Part shown: positions 1-17,129 of the stretch, one piece after another | Layout: each line of letters begins with the position of its first letter | How positions within the stretch are numbered: the stretch's first letter is position 1 | Source of the DNA: the human T2T-CHM13v2.0 reference genome, Homo sapiens | DNA: 64,000 nt | Assembly (NCBI RefSeq): GCF_009914755.1 | Contig: NC_060932.1 | Direction: 5' to 3' (one strand) | Position numbers and translations under genes: made by a program | Notes under the pieces: generated by a model | Databases searched by the model: none | What the model was told of the DNA's origin: nothing | What the model saw: only the letters and a program-made list of their open reading frames with translations

Positions 1-301
1 AAGCCTTTTGAATGTTCTGTATGAGGAAGTGGGGGGTGCACATACCCACATACCCCTAAGTGTGAGGCTACCCCAAGGAGAGGCACTTGAGTGTGGCCTT
101 TCGAGCTGTGACCTCGAGTAGGGTGCCGGGCAGATGTCTTCTCCAAGCAGACCTAGTGACCTGCACTTCAAAGAAAATGGCTGATGGTGTCTGTTGCAAT
201 CGTAAAATTCAAGCTTTAACATAAAAATTATAATCGTGGAAAACATATTCACCACCATGAGCTTCAAGCTTCCAAATACTTAAAAGACTTCTGGTGAGTT
301 C

Positions 302-608
<307 letters not shown>

Positions 609-823
609 TTAGTTCAGCAGTGTTCGTGAATGGGATGTTTTGATGATCTGTGTGATTAAATGTGTCACTGCTGGAAGGCCCGTGTAACTCTGTGAGCTAG
701 TGTGTTCCAAATGCCTGGTGCATGATGGACAAAACACATGGGAGACAGGATCCATTCGGGCTGCAGTTCTACAGCTGTGGATTCTACACTGCACCTGACT
801 TTCAAGAAACTATTGCTTTTTCT

Positions 824-1641
<818 letters not shown>

Positions 1642-2072
1642 TTAGGAAAAATGTAAAACTACGCCACTCTTCTCATTATATTTTGTTTTAGAAGAAATTA
1701 TCTTTCATAAAAACATTTATATGAATACATATTTAATATAATGACATGTTGTTGTATCAAATGTTTTTTAAACTCCTGTTTTAATTTGTAATACAACAGA
1801 TATAACCCACATAAACAAATGGTCTTCGGGGTTCTCAATAACTTAAGAATGTAAAGAGGTCCCAACCAAAAACAGCTGAAGAGCTGCCGTCTGAATGTCC
1901 CTTTCCAGGAGTGGATTGTCATCTAGAGTATTTTCTTAAAAACACAGCAGCCCTGCCTGAGGTTTCTTCAGGAATAACGGTAATACTGGCAGAATCGGCG
2001 ACAAATGGAACTCTATCCACAAGACCACTGCAGAAATTCGGGTCTGGTTTCTATCACACTATAAAGAACAGC

Positions 2073-2697
<625 letters not shown>

Positions 2698-3446
2698 TCA
2701 ATATTCATTTATTCAAAACAGCGTCCTAAGAAAAACACATTAAACCAATTCTTTAATGAAAACACTGGGAAATCCAAACCCACTAAATTCTGAGCCAATC
2801 TTTTCCTTTGATTCCCTAATGAAGTTTGCTCTACTTCAGAGAGGTCCCCTAAAAGTCCTGCACGTTTGCATAATTATGGCAAAGGAATGCAAGCTACTCT
2901 CCTCATGTCTTCAGCAACCTGTTGCAGTGACAATGCAGCCCACACTCTACTAAGGCGTCCTCCCGGGCCTGGGGTCCAACAACCAGACCAGGAGCCACAC
3001 GAGTCAAGGTTCTAGAACCTGGAGGCACCACCAGGTCTGAATCCAGGATCCAGTACTTACTGCTGCGTGACCTGAACCCCTCTGTGCCCCAGTCTCCTCA
3101 CTTCCAAAACGGGAGGATGGCAGGACCCACAGAGTCATGACCGCCTAAAGCCCTTTGCAAGCACCTGGCACTCAGCATTCGCCGTGCCCTCGGTAACTGC
3201 TGCTGCTGCTGTTACTGAAGTCATGAGAACTCACTCTAACCGCTCAAGTCACTCCTGGAGCCTCAGACTTCATCTGTGTGACTCTTGGTAACATCTTTTC
3301 ATCACATACAAGCCTGGGACCACTCCCTGCCAACACCACCATTCACATATTCATTATCCACAGCACAATTCCACTAACTGTTTTATGAGTCCTGATTTGC
3401 CAAACACAGCATTTAAAACGTTCCACTTTTGAAATAAACAAAAGCA

Positions 3447-3640
3447 GGCTGGTGCAGTGACTCATGTCTGTAATCCCGGCACTTTGGGAGGCTGAGATGG
3501 GAGGATCCCTTGTGCCCAGGAAGTCAAGGCTGCAGTGAGCCGAGATCGTGCCACTCCACTCCAGCCCAGGCAACAGAGTAAGATCCTGTCTCAAAATAAA
3601 ATATTATAAACAAAGCAAACCAAAATAAAATAAACAAAAA
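3447..3640 (+). mobile_element. Monomer-length or internally deleted Alu
   Basis: Left-arm start joined to right-arm end, followed by an A-rich tail. Confidence 0.8.
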
Positions 3641-4689
3641 TGGAGTGAAATAATGGAGACAGCCCCCTGGCCAGGCCTGTAAGACTCAGCGCCGAAGGCC
3701 CAGAGCAGACATAGTCAGCACCCACTCCTTGCCCACCTGCTCTAGGCCCCGGGCCCCCAGGCGGCCCTTCTCATGCCACAGTGGCCCCGGCCCAGGCAGT
3801 GTTCTCGCCCGGCACACAGCCCGCTCAGAGCCCTCTGAAGGGTGGCAGGCTCGTGAGTTCAAAGCCACAGAACCAGCATGAAGTGGGGCCTGCCCCACCG
3901 CCTGGCCAGGAGCTGACACTTCAGGGACAGAATAGAAGTGGCTGACATCAGGTAGGAAATGGTGGCTTCTGTCCACTACAGCCGATGTTTAGGGGGCAGC
4001 CACAGTTAAATGAAACTTTTACCACGCTCAAGGTGGTTTTGCTTTTCGGAACCGGACCACCCTCTTGCTTGCTCATGCCTGTGGCAGCTCTCCACGCGGC
4101 TTCGCCACAGATCCTGCCCACGGTCTGTTCTGAATTAAACACACTATTGAGTTGGAGCACTCATGTGTTTGCTCTGTCTCTCTGGGGCTTTGTTTAGAAA
4201 ACAAACTTTGACAATATCCAAGCAAACAATGGGACCAAATACCTGCAAAGTCACTTAAAAGAACAAAAGATATCTGTTCCCATTCTGAGGGCATTTTGTA
4301 AGAAACATGCTTTCTGATATCATTCATCTGAATCAATGCGTACCCTGTCATCAGCGAGCCCTAAGCCAACAGGCTCACCCTCAGAGCATGTGCCTTCCTC
4401 AGAACAAGGTTTGCACTGAGTCTTCCACATTCTTGTACAAGAACCCTTGTAACCAAGCCCGTGAGGCTCCCACACCCCATAGTCTGTGCCAGACGAGACT
4501 CCTCAGGGAACCCTAACCGCCATCCCATCTGTACCCTGCTTTATCCAGGCAGCACCAGCACAAACTTACTGAAGCATCATTTTGAGATTCCTACAGGAGA
4601 GGCTCACTCCTCAAAGGACCGATGACAGCCCCGCCACCCACTTACACAGCCATTATCGCAACAGCGAGCCGCAGGCACCAACGGCTTCC

Positions 4690-5070
4690 TATGCACAAGG
4701 AAGATTTGCCATGCATTAATTCACTTCACTCCCACAGTGTAATCCCGTTACTAATTATGACAACGACAACAATTATTAACTCTAGTAACTATTATGTAAT
4801 TAACACAATCACTTATTGATAATAATTGCAATGAATTATAATCAACAATTGCTCATAATAACTAAATTATAATAAAATACAATGCATTATGGTCATATTC
4901 TGATGGTTATGATACATAATTTCATATTAGCACATGGGTATTATTTATAAGAATTAATGATGGCAATCACTATTATTATCCCATTTTACAGAGGAGGAGC
5001 TGACACAGGGGCAGCAGCAGTGGGCAGGGCCTGGGTGGGAGTCCAGGGCCTCGGTGCCAGAGCCCCTAGA
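4690..5070. mobile_element. MIR fragment containing an AT-rich low-complexity block (about 4740-4980)
   Basis: MIR core 'attattatccccattttacagaggagga' preceded by about 240 bp of TAA/TAT-rich sequence. Confidence 0.55.
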
Positions 5071-5609
5071 ACTGCCCAATACCAGGCTCACAGAACAGGA
5101 GAGCCTCAGGGGGAGAGAGCTCACTGCCCCCACCTCACTCGGCCTTGGGGTACAGCCTCCACCCAGCAGGGGCTGAGCACAGGTGGATTTACAAGGAACA
5201 TCTGTAAGTGGCCCTCAGGAAAGAGACACACATCAGCACTGACTGCGTCCAGCGGAGCCCTGCGTGTTTTCACCAGGCAGCCTGTCCATCCCTGGCCCCG
5301 CTCTCCACCCCCGCGCACCCTCCACCAAATGCTTCCTGCAGCTCTGCTCTCTGCAAGCAACGATGCTGGATGCGGAGATGCAGCAGGAGCAGGTCCAGCC
5401 TCTGGCAGTGAGAGAGTGGACCCCCCTCATCCCCACACACCTTGTCAGACCCTGTAAGGAAGCACTCTGAAAAAGAGGGTGTTCTAAGCATATATGTAAG
5501 AGAAACAACAACAACACAACTAGCAGCTAACGCGAGCACCTGCTGTACACCAGGCTCTCGGGCGCATTGACCTGTTCAATCTCAGTGACCCTGTGAGAGA
5601 AGCACCACT

Positions 5610-7185
<1,576 letters not shown>

Positions 7186-8069
7186 ACATATTTCTTGTGA
7201 GTAATATTACAGGTGGTTTTTTTTTTCTTTTTACTTCCACATCTCCTAAACTATTTGAAATGAGCATGTCTTTCTTTTTATCATGATGGAAAGAACAGTT
7301 TTTTTAAAAACTAGAATCAAAAAGCAACTCTGCCCAAGGAAAATTCTGCATGGAAACCCCACGGCGGCATGATGGGGAGGGGTCAGGGCGGCTCCTCCGA
7401 GAGCAGCTGCTGGCTCCTTATCCTGGTGGCAGCCGCGGCCTTATCTCTGTGATGCAGACAGAGGCTGCCATGGAAGGAGGAGGCCCCTGGCCCTGGGCTG
7501 CCCACACAGTGTATACAAGACACAGCCACCCGCACCTGGCAGCCACTGTCGCCAAGTCGCTAGGGATGGGCTGTGGCGCAGGCTCGGGAGCAAGTCTAAT
7601 ATTCACGGGCAACACCAGGAACAGCTCCCTAACAGGCACTGTAAGTACACCACCAACAACGACCTCACTTTCCACTCTGGACCACTAATGACCATCCACA
7701 ATGATCCACTGAATGTCTTACACTAGACGCAACGACACAAGAGAAATAAAACGACAATGCGGCCCAGCAATGCTGGGGCCCAGAGGCACGGCTCAGACCA
7801 AAGCAGGATCAGAGAGAAGGGAGCAGGGAAAACAGACCTGGCGCCAGGGACCGGGCAGGCCAGAGGCTTAAGGAAGCCGCGGGAGGCCTGAGGCAAAGGC
7901 CGCTCACTGCGCCGCAGAGCACAGAAGAGGAGGGACCTACCCCCAGGCAACTCTGGAAAGCAGCGATCCGACTGCACTGTAAGGCCAAGGACAAGAAGAG
8001 CCACACACATGAGGGCTGCGGTCAGAAAGTCTGTGTCTCGCAGGGGTGCGGGCCGGCAACTCTCCACAC

Positions 8070-8920
8070 TCTACAGGCACGCTAGGTTTCAACGAATAAG
8101 CAAACTCACTGTGGACAGTGAGCGCCAGGGTTCTCAACACCTGCTAAGGTTATAAGCAATGGGGGAGGCGAGAAACCCTGCTGGGGTGGATGTGAATCTG
8201 AAACACCGGTATGATCCCATGGTTTTTAACATGAACGCGGGGGATAAGCACATGTAGATGTGTGTACACACGCATGCTAGTGTGGACGCGTGTGTCTCCT
8301 GCCTGCATCCAGACCTGTGTTTCTAGCACCATCCTCCAATAAAATAACAGAAGCTCAGGGATGAAACGGGCTGGTGCAGGAAAAATACAAGGATCCCAGA
8401 GCATCTTGCAGGTTCCAGAAGAGGAACAGTCAGAATGTGAAGGGGCACGCTGAAAAGATGCGGGGCTACCTGAAGGGGTCCCACGTCAGGAGGAAGAGGG
8501 GCCTTCAGGCAACAGCACCGGCCATGTGGGAGCCTGGGTGGGAGGGGGCTCCAGAAGTGAGCATGGACTATCCAGAAAATGGCCATTAGTCAAATGGACA
8601 GATGTGCCTAAGAGCTGTAGGCCGGGTAAGAGGCCTGTAGCAATGCTAACCTGCCCTACGATCAGACGAGATGATGGCAACAGGGGAAGCCAACTATAGG
8701 AGCCCTGCACTACTCTGGCCACTTTTCTGTAAGCCTAAAATCATTGTCAAGTAAAATGGTAAGAGAATATTTATGAATGAAATGATATGACTCAAACTAT
8801 GGAGGGTGCGGAGCAGGAGAGGAGGACAGGATGAGTGATGGCCACATGAGTGTTCCTTATATCTTCTCCTCCACTTTTATGTACATTTGAATTTTTCCAC
8901 AATAAAAAGCCCTTTAAAAC
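8070..8920 (+). mobile_element. Old L1M (L1MC/ME-like) 3' end fragments
   Basis: Similarity to L1M 3' UTR motifs ('ggagccctgcactactctggccacttttctgtaagcctaaaatcatt', 'tgtacatttgaatttttccacaataaaa'). Confidence 0.5.
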
Positions 8921-8928
8921 TTCTTCTC

Positions 8929-9378
<450 letters not shown>

Positions 9379-10127
9379 AATTGTGCCCATCCATGCCAAA
9401 GGAGCAGAAGTTCTATGGGCAGCAGCCTCTCCCTCACGCCACATTTGCTCCATCTCTCCACCCACAGTTGCCCTCACAGGTGCCATTTCTGATGATCTCC
9501 AAGCCACCTGCCAATCGTTTTCCACCCTGCAGCCGGTGGGCCTGCCTGTCTCCCACACTTGCCCCTCCTTGGGCTGGATGATGATGGCCGTTCCCTGGCA
9601 GCCTCTGGCCGCAGCAGTCCCCGACACCCCATGCTCCAGGCCACTTTCCTGCCCCTCCTACTGGACCAAGCACTTGCTTGCACTGGAGACACCTGCCATT
9701 TTCCATGGATTTGTGAGTGACTGCTCACAGACTCACATCTGTGTTCATGACTCAGACCGTGAGCTCGCAAGGCAGAAGCCAAGACTGTGTCCATTCACCA
9801 TTGTCCCCAGTCACGGGCATGACCCCAGCACATAGCTGTCACTCAACACTGACTCAAAGAACAAGCTTCTTTGACATATGAGGCATCCAGGATGGAGTCT
9901 GGGTACCGGACTCCCTTTTCGGCCTTGTTCAATGATGTTCACCTTTATTACGTTCATTTAGTCATCCAGGTTCCAAGTATGCTGTACACTCTGGCATGAA
10001 GAAATGAACACATCTAATATCTATTAGGTGATCTGGGCAAAACATCTTAAATCTAACATTTTTTTCCATCCTGGCAACTAATCTGCTAGAAATGGTTTAG
10101 TATGGTTCACTTTCTAAAAGGTTCAGA

Positions 10128-11438
10128 GGATAGTAACAAGTGTTGATGAGGACGCGGAGAAACTGAACCCTTCGTGAACTGCTGGCGGGAATGGAAACGG
10201 TGCAGCCACTGTAAAACAGCTAAGTGGGCCCTCAAAAAGTTAAACACAGAGTGACCATCTCACCTAGCCCATGAGAAATGAACACACACGTCCACAGGAA
10301 AACTTGTACACAAATGCTCACAGCAGCACTATTTACAATAGTCAAAAGGTGGAAACAAGCCAAATCGTAGATGAACTGGGACATATCCATACACTCGGAT
10401 ACTTGATGACAAAAAGAAATGAAACACTGATGCTGCCGTGTGAACCGTGAAGACATGCCGAGTGAAAGAAGGAGACACAAGAGTTCACTGGCTGTGTGGC
10501 TTCATCTATAGAACATACTCGGAACAGGTCAATCCAGTGAGACGGAACGCAGATGGGTAGTTCCCAGGGGCTGGGTGGGAGCGAATGGGGGTGACTACTT
10601 AATCCACATGGGGTCTCCTCTTGGGGGAATAATGCACATGGGGTCTCCTCTCGGGGGAATAATGCACATGGGGTCTCCTCTCGGGGGAATAATGCACATG
10701 GGGTCTCCTCTCGGGGGAATAATGCACATGGGGTCTCCTCTCGGGGGAATAATGCACATGGGGTCTCCTCTCGGGGGAATAATGCACATGGGGTCTCCTC
10801 TCGGGGGAATAATGCACATGGGGTCTCCTCTCGGGGGAATAATGCACATGGGGTCTCCTCTCGGGGGAATAATGCACATGGGGTCTCCTCTCGGGGGAAT
10901 AATGCACATGGGGTCTCCTCTCGGGGGAATAATGCACATGGGGTCTCCTCTCGGGGGAATAATGCACATGGGGTCTCCTCTCGGGGGAATAATCCACATG
11001 GGGTCTCCTCTCGGGGGAATAATCCACATGGGGTCTCCTCTCGGGGGAATAATGCACATGGGGTCTCCTCTCGGGGGAATAATGCACATGGGGTCTCCTC
11101 TCGGGGGAATAATGCACATGGGGTCTCCTCTCGGGGGAATAATGCACATGGGGTCTCCTCTCGGGGGAATAATGCACATGGGGTCTCCTCTTGGGGGAAT
11201 AATGCACATGGGGTCTCCTCTTGGGGGAATAATGCACATGGGGTCTCCTCTTGGGGGAATAATGCACATGGGGTCTCCTCTTGGGGGAATAATGCACATG
11301 GGGTCTCCTCTTGGGGGAATAATGCACATGGGGTCTCCTCTTGGGGGAATGAAGCGGTTTGGAAGTAGACAGCGATGATGGCTGCACCACACTGTGAATG
11401 CGCTACACGCCACTGAATTGTTCATCTTACAATGGTTC
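10128..11438 (+). mobile_element. L1MB-like LINE 3' end hosting the VNTR
   Basis: 'aacaagtgttgatgaggacgcggagaaactgaacccttc', 'cagcagcactatttacaatagtcaaaaggtggaaacaa', and after the VNTR 'gatggctgcaccacactgtgaatg...gccactgaattgttcatctt' match L1MB 3' UTR motifs. Confidence 0.8.
10601..11350. repeat. 30-bp minisatellite (VNTR), 25 copies, consensus AATGCACATGGGGTCTCCTCTCGGGGGAAT
   Basis: Direct reading: 750 bp = 25 x 30, with only two variable positions. Confidence 0.99.
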
Positions 11439-13199
11439 ATCCGATGTCACTGCCACACGTCCCCCGGCACTCCAGCCTTGGCCTGTCTCCTGAGGGCACA
11501 CAGGGAGGCAGTCAGCCTCCAGCAGCCAGTCAGCAGTCAGGCCCCCGGCTGGACACGGGTCACACCTGGACCTAGCAACATCCAGAAGGGCAGGGCTGGT
11601 GGGAGCGGAGGGTGCCGTCTTGCTGCGTGCCCCCTGATGTGGCCATGCTTCCCTCCCGTGCACACCTGTTACCTGTCTCCATCAGTGCTATGGATGCAGC
11701 CCCATGGCCCCTCCCTCCATAATGGCCACCATCATCACCCCTGCCAGGCCACAGACGTCATCTCCCATCCCAAACACAGCCCTGGGAGGCCACTTGCCAC
11801 CGAGCCACAAACCACAAGAAAAAGAGGCCCCAGGGCGGGATGGCTGCAGAACTTTTCAAAAGGGTAAGCGAGTTTCAACATGCAGATTTAACTCTTAAAC
11901 AAAGAAATGACTAAAGGCAGTAAGCCTTTAGTGAGTTAAAGAAGACACATGGCGAACACTGCATAGACACAAGGGAACCAAGATGATCCCGGGGCAAGGA
12001 GGTCACAGTGGGTGATGGAGACAGGACAGGAGAGCCCACCATAGGGCGAGATGCACGGGGAGCCAGGAAGGTGCAGGGCGAGCGCGATGGACCGTCCCCT
12101 CCTGGGTTTCTGGAACCAAGCTTGTCCATAACAGACACTCACACTGGCTTGCATGGGTGGCACCCACTGTCCTCAGGCCAGCTCCGAAGAGCCCCCACCC
12201 AGCAGGTCTCGACTGGGTCACCCGGCTCTGCCCCCTCTGGAGCCCTGCCTCACTCTGGGAGGCAGCCCACCTGGGCCAGCCTTGCCCCCTGCCTTCAAGC
12301 ACACCCCAAACAGCCAAGCAGGGCGAGTCCCCATTTGTAGAAGTGGAGCCAGAACGTCCACACTGCACGCACCTCAGGGCACAGAGCCGGCGTGCGTGGC
12401 AGTGACCACCTCACCCTGGACAGGGATGGACAGTGGCAGAACAAACCCAAACTTGGAGAGCCTGCATCCAAACACCCCTCCAGCTCCGGCCACCAATCTG
12501 CAAGAAAGACACTCGGAACAGAGGGCACGCCGGGCTACACCCAGGAGATGCAGCTGCGGGAGACGGCAGCACTGAGCAGCCAGCGTCCCCAACTAACAGC
12601 AAGGCTGGGGGCTCAGGAGGAGGCTCTGGTCCTCGCATTCCGAGGCCACCAACTGCGAACATCCACACCAGTGAGCAACGGGCAACTCTGGCACCGTGTG
12701 CTCCCCGGCTGGGAGGAAGGGTTGGACTTCGGATGCCGGACACTATGCGGGGCATATAAGGAGCACAGAGGAAGACAGACACACACCCATGTCATGTGGT
12801 GACATCTTCTGAAACATCTGTCAACAAGACGATGCCACTGGGATCTGCAATGAGAAACGGGAAACGGGACGAGGCTCAAAGAGAAGCAGCATCAACCACA
12901 GACAGACCATGCTGGAGGCGGGGGATAGTGCATGGCACACACCCCCATCCCGCTCCTTCCAACGGCCCCCTTGCTCCAGAGCATGCCCTCCACTGGGACC
13001 ATCCCAGCAGCCTCCTCCAGGAAGGCCTCCCTGCTTCCACCCCACCCTCTTGGTCTGTTTCTAACACAGTGGCCACAGGGATCCTTTTAAAGACTAAGTC
13101 AGCTGGCGTCCCTCCTCTGCTCAGTCCCTGCTGCACGTCCCTGGTATTGATCTCCCTGCCCTCAGCCTGCACCTGGGCCCTGGCTGCATCCCTCCTTTG

Positions 13200-13417
13200 C
13201 TGGAGTGCAGTGGCGCGATCTCAGCTCGCTCCAACCTCCACCTCCTGGGTAGCTGGAATTACAGGCGCCTGCCACCATGCCCGGCTAATTTTTGTATTTT
13301 TAGTAGAGACGGGTTTTCACCACGTTAGCCAGGCTGGCCTCAAACTCCTGACCTCAGGTGATCCGCCCGCCTTGGCCTCCCGAAGTGCTGGGATTTCAGG
13401 CGTGAGCCACTGACCCC
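13200..13417 (-). mobile_element. Alu lacking its tail, with an internal deletion
   Basis: Antisense Alu starting at 'tggagtgcagtggcgcgatc'; jumps from 'ctcctgg' to 'gtagctgg'. Confidence 0.9.
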
Positions 13418-16400
13418 TGTCCAGTCCTACTCTTTCTTGGTGGGCCTGTGCTGACCACCAGGCAACTCGCCCCTCCCCAGCCCCAGCCCCTGACCCTGCT
13501 CAACCATGGTCTTTCATCCCTCGTATCCAGGGGGTGCTTTACACCTGGCTCACTGGTGAGTCCTGTTTTGATGCTGCCCCCAAGCCCTCTCCTCAATCAC
13601 ACACCATGAACGGGCCTCACCCCCGGCCTGGCTCCTTCCAATGGCATATCCTTTGCAAAGCTTCCCAGAGGGAGTCCAACCAGAGTTCCCGCCGACTCTA
13701 CCATGCGCATCCCCGACCAGATCCTGTGTTCACCTGCCAGTCCTGGAATGGCCAGGCTATGTCCACAGGGTCACCCTCAAATGTTTCAGAACATTCCAGG
13801 AGAATGCTCTGCACTCCTCAGGGGAGCTGCACAGAACAGGGACCACCCCCCAAAAAGCTTCCAGGGCCAACAGCGAAGTTAAGGTGTGATGAGTGAGCGT
13901 CTCAGCACTGAGAATCCATCCACACCTAATGTGACCGTTCTTACAGTGAGGCACGCGCTTTAGCATCTGGCAAACTGCATACTTCACGAAGCAGCAGCAC
14001 GCACAGGGACCAAGGTGCGCCCAGCAAGGCCCCCCTGCCCCAGTCACCAATAGGGCCACTCGAGCCACCACGGCAAAGCCATGGGCAGCACGTGGCCTTC
14101 TAGTTCCACCGGCTTCAGCTGGGTTCATGGCCCGGGGGGCACAGCTGGCGCCCTTTCGGCGTCGCTCCTGTCTACGAGCGGGCAAGGAAGGTCCCCAAGA
14201 GCTGTCGGGGTCCGGCGCACCTGGGTCTGTATAGAGGTGAGTTCTGAGCGACACAGGCCATCTTCTGTGTCCCTGGCCCGAGCCTCTCAAGGCCGCTGTG
14301 GACACCAGACAGATGAGTGTTATTTATCAGAGATAAGCCTTTTTAAATGTTTTCTTATCCCTCCCTGCTTGCAAAGTAAAGACCCAGAGGTCAACAAAGG
14401 GGATCAAAGGGAGGAGGAACGCCCGCCCTACTGCCAGGCAGAGTAACGCCCCCATCACGGCGGGAGTAACAGTCACCATCAGAGGGACCTTCTGAGGGCC
14501 CTGCATGTGGGACACAACTGCAGGTCGCCCGCATCATCTCCTCTGATCAAAGCACCACCACCATGAGGACGAGGTTTTCACTCTGTACGAAGAGGAGACT
14601 GAGGTTCAGAGAGGTGAGGTGAGACACCCATCACGTGGCCAGGATTCCAGTGAGGTGGGCCTGACCTGAGCCTGCGCTCAGGGTGCTGTTATGCTGAGGC
14701 GGGCATCCTGCAACGTCACATGAGCCCCCAGCCACTCCCAAGAGCTCAGACACCTCCACACACAGATTTGTTCCAAGTCACCCCTCTCATCACTCTTGGC
14801 ATCTTCCTTTGCTTTCTCTGCATTTTTTACCCGTGTTACTCTATTAATTCCTTTGTCCCTGCAAAAAAACATAAAACAAATGATGCCCCGGCTTGCCAGC
14901 CTGAGGGGCAGGGAGGCCGCCATCCCTCAGGGCCTCCCTGGGCTTCTCATTCCCACTGCTCAGCCTGCACACGAGCATGGGGCTGTGCTCAGACCAGAAT
15001 GGTGTCCAGGTCTCTGAGCACACCAGGCGCCACACACACAGGACACTGATCATCCCGTCAATCATAACTGGGACTCAGACACCCACCCCAAAGCAGGGGC
15101 TAAAGAACTCCCCATTTATATCCAGTGCCCGCCACCTTCCCGCCCTGCATAAGCTCACTTAGAGCAAGACACCAGAGAAGCCTGGGAATGTGGGTCCCAC
15201 GGGAGGATCCTTTCACTATCAAAGCCAAAAAGAAACAGGGCAAAGCACCCTCGAGTCCTCCAACCGTCGGAACAAGAGTGCTGATGCAAACTCCTCCAAC
15301 AAGTCAACATGATGTTGGAAAGACAAACTCACAACAGTTCTATTATTTTACTCAATAAGGCAAACCTGACAAACATCTCAAATGGTTATGACCTATGAAC
15401 TTCAGTTTTTGATCTTTTTATGTGCAGCTGCAAGATGAAAGTTTCTAGTGGCTGCCTTCTGGCAGCAGAGTACACTAACTCTCTAAGGACAAAACAGAGC
15501 TGAAACACTCAGAAATGACGTGGAAAACAACAACATTGCCCTGAGTTACTGCCCCAGTAGGATTTTCCCAAGATGGATGTCAATTACAGTAAGAGATTCG
15601 GGTTAGGGGCCGCCTGGGCTCCTGAGTCTGGCTGTTTCTAAGCCTTGCTGCAGTTGTGTTTGTTTTGGGATATAGGTCCTTAAAAACAGGTATTGGCCGA
15701 TTTGCATTGCATTTACTGAAGCCCCAGTAATCACCTTCAGAAGTCCCCTTCCGTCTGGTAGTGGACTAGCTGTGTTCACAGCAACATGGAACCACAGGCG
15801 GCACCCCACACAAGCATGGCGGTCACTTGTCAGAGCTCCACGCTTCATCAGTAAAGGAGACCACCACAAAGTCCACTGTGGGACACCCAACACGCGATCT
15901 CCCACAGATGCACCCCCCAGGGCTGCTGCCCCCACTGTCTCGGGGCTGTCCTCCAGGTTTCTGGCATGGGCTCCTCCCTCCCTCAATTCCACTCCCAGGA
16001 GGATGCTCCCTGGAGCTGCTCGAGGGCTTCTACCTCCTCTCCCCACCCTTATCCCAAAACCAGGGGGTCCCAAACCTGGCCTAATGGGCAATCACCTGGG
16101 ACATCTGTGAAATCAGCTTCCTAGGTCTTCAGGGCAGAGACCGGAAGAAGCTTTCAGGTAATTCTGTGATTCCTGCTCCCCCGGCCGCAGCGCCCACTGA
16201 CTGAGCACCAGCCGTGGGCAGGCCCCACCCCAGAGCTCGGCCCAGCCTGCCCTGACCCACTGCCTTACTGGGGCTGCCAGATGCACTGCCTCCTGAGCCA
16301 CTTTTGCTTCCCCAGGGAACGAACACCCACGTGTGTGAGGCCCCAGGAATGAGGAGGACGGCAGCCCCACCAGGGAGCCAGGCACGTGGAGCTGCAGGCA

Positions 16401-16537
16401 CGTGTGTGTGTGCGTGTGTGTGTGTTACATACCTGTGTGCGTGTGTGTACCTGCAGATATTTTTTATTCCCTGTGCATCTGCATAATATTCTGCAGTGTT
16501 AAGCAGCACAGATGCTTCTGAGAAATGCTCAACTCTG

Positions 16538-17129
16538 TGCTGGGTGTGGTGGCTCACACCTGTAATCCCAGCACCTTGGGAGGCCAAGGCAGGAGGATTA
16601 CTTGAGGCCAGGAGTGAGACCAGCCTGGGCAACATAGGGAGACCTCCATCTCTACAAAAAATAGTCCCAGCTTCTTGGGAGGTGGAGGTGGGAGGTTTGA
16701 ACCCGTGAAGTCAGGGCTGCAGTGAGCCATGACTGTGCCACTGCACTCTAGCCTGGGCAACAGAGTGAGACCCCACCTCAAAATAATAATAGCAGCAACA
16801 ACAACAATAATAATAATAGGCCGGGCGCGGTGGCTCACACCTGTAATCCCAGCACTTTGGGAGGCTGAGCCACCGTGGATCACCTGAGCTCAGGAGTTCG
16901 AGACCAGTCTGGGCAACATGGCAAAATCCCATGTCTACTAAAAATACAAAAAAAAAATTTGGGTATATAGTGGCACATGCCAGTAGTCCCAGCTACTCAG
17001 GAGGCTGAGGCACAAGAATCACTTGAACCTGGGAGGCAGAGGTTGCAGTGGGTCGACATTGCGCCACTGCCCTCCAGACTGGGCAACAGAGAGAGACTCT
17101 GTCTCAAAATAAATAAATAAATAAATAAA
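16538..17129 (+). mobile_element. Tandem AluJ + AluS
   Basis: Two Alus with (AAT/CAA)n and (AAAT)n tails. Confidence 0.92.

Noticed and set aside
10601-11350. CRISPR-like appearance of the 30-bp repeat
   Set aside because: No unique spacers and no cas genes; this is human DNA and a plain head-to-tail VNTR.
10575-11440. Long repetitive ORFs (267, 281 and 263 aa; HMGSPLGGIM / IIPPRGDPMC repeats)
   Set aside because: The 30-bp unit is a multiple of 3 and stop-free in those frames. The ORFs lie in an intronic L1 remnant with no promoter or splice context.
11400-16500. Many 70-200 aa ORFs in GC-rich unique intronic DNA
   Set aside because: No recognisable domain, overlapping on both strands, many with GTG/TTG starts; consistent with chance.
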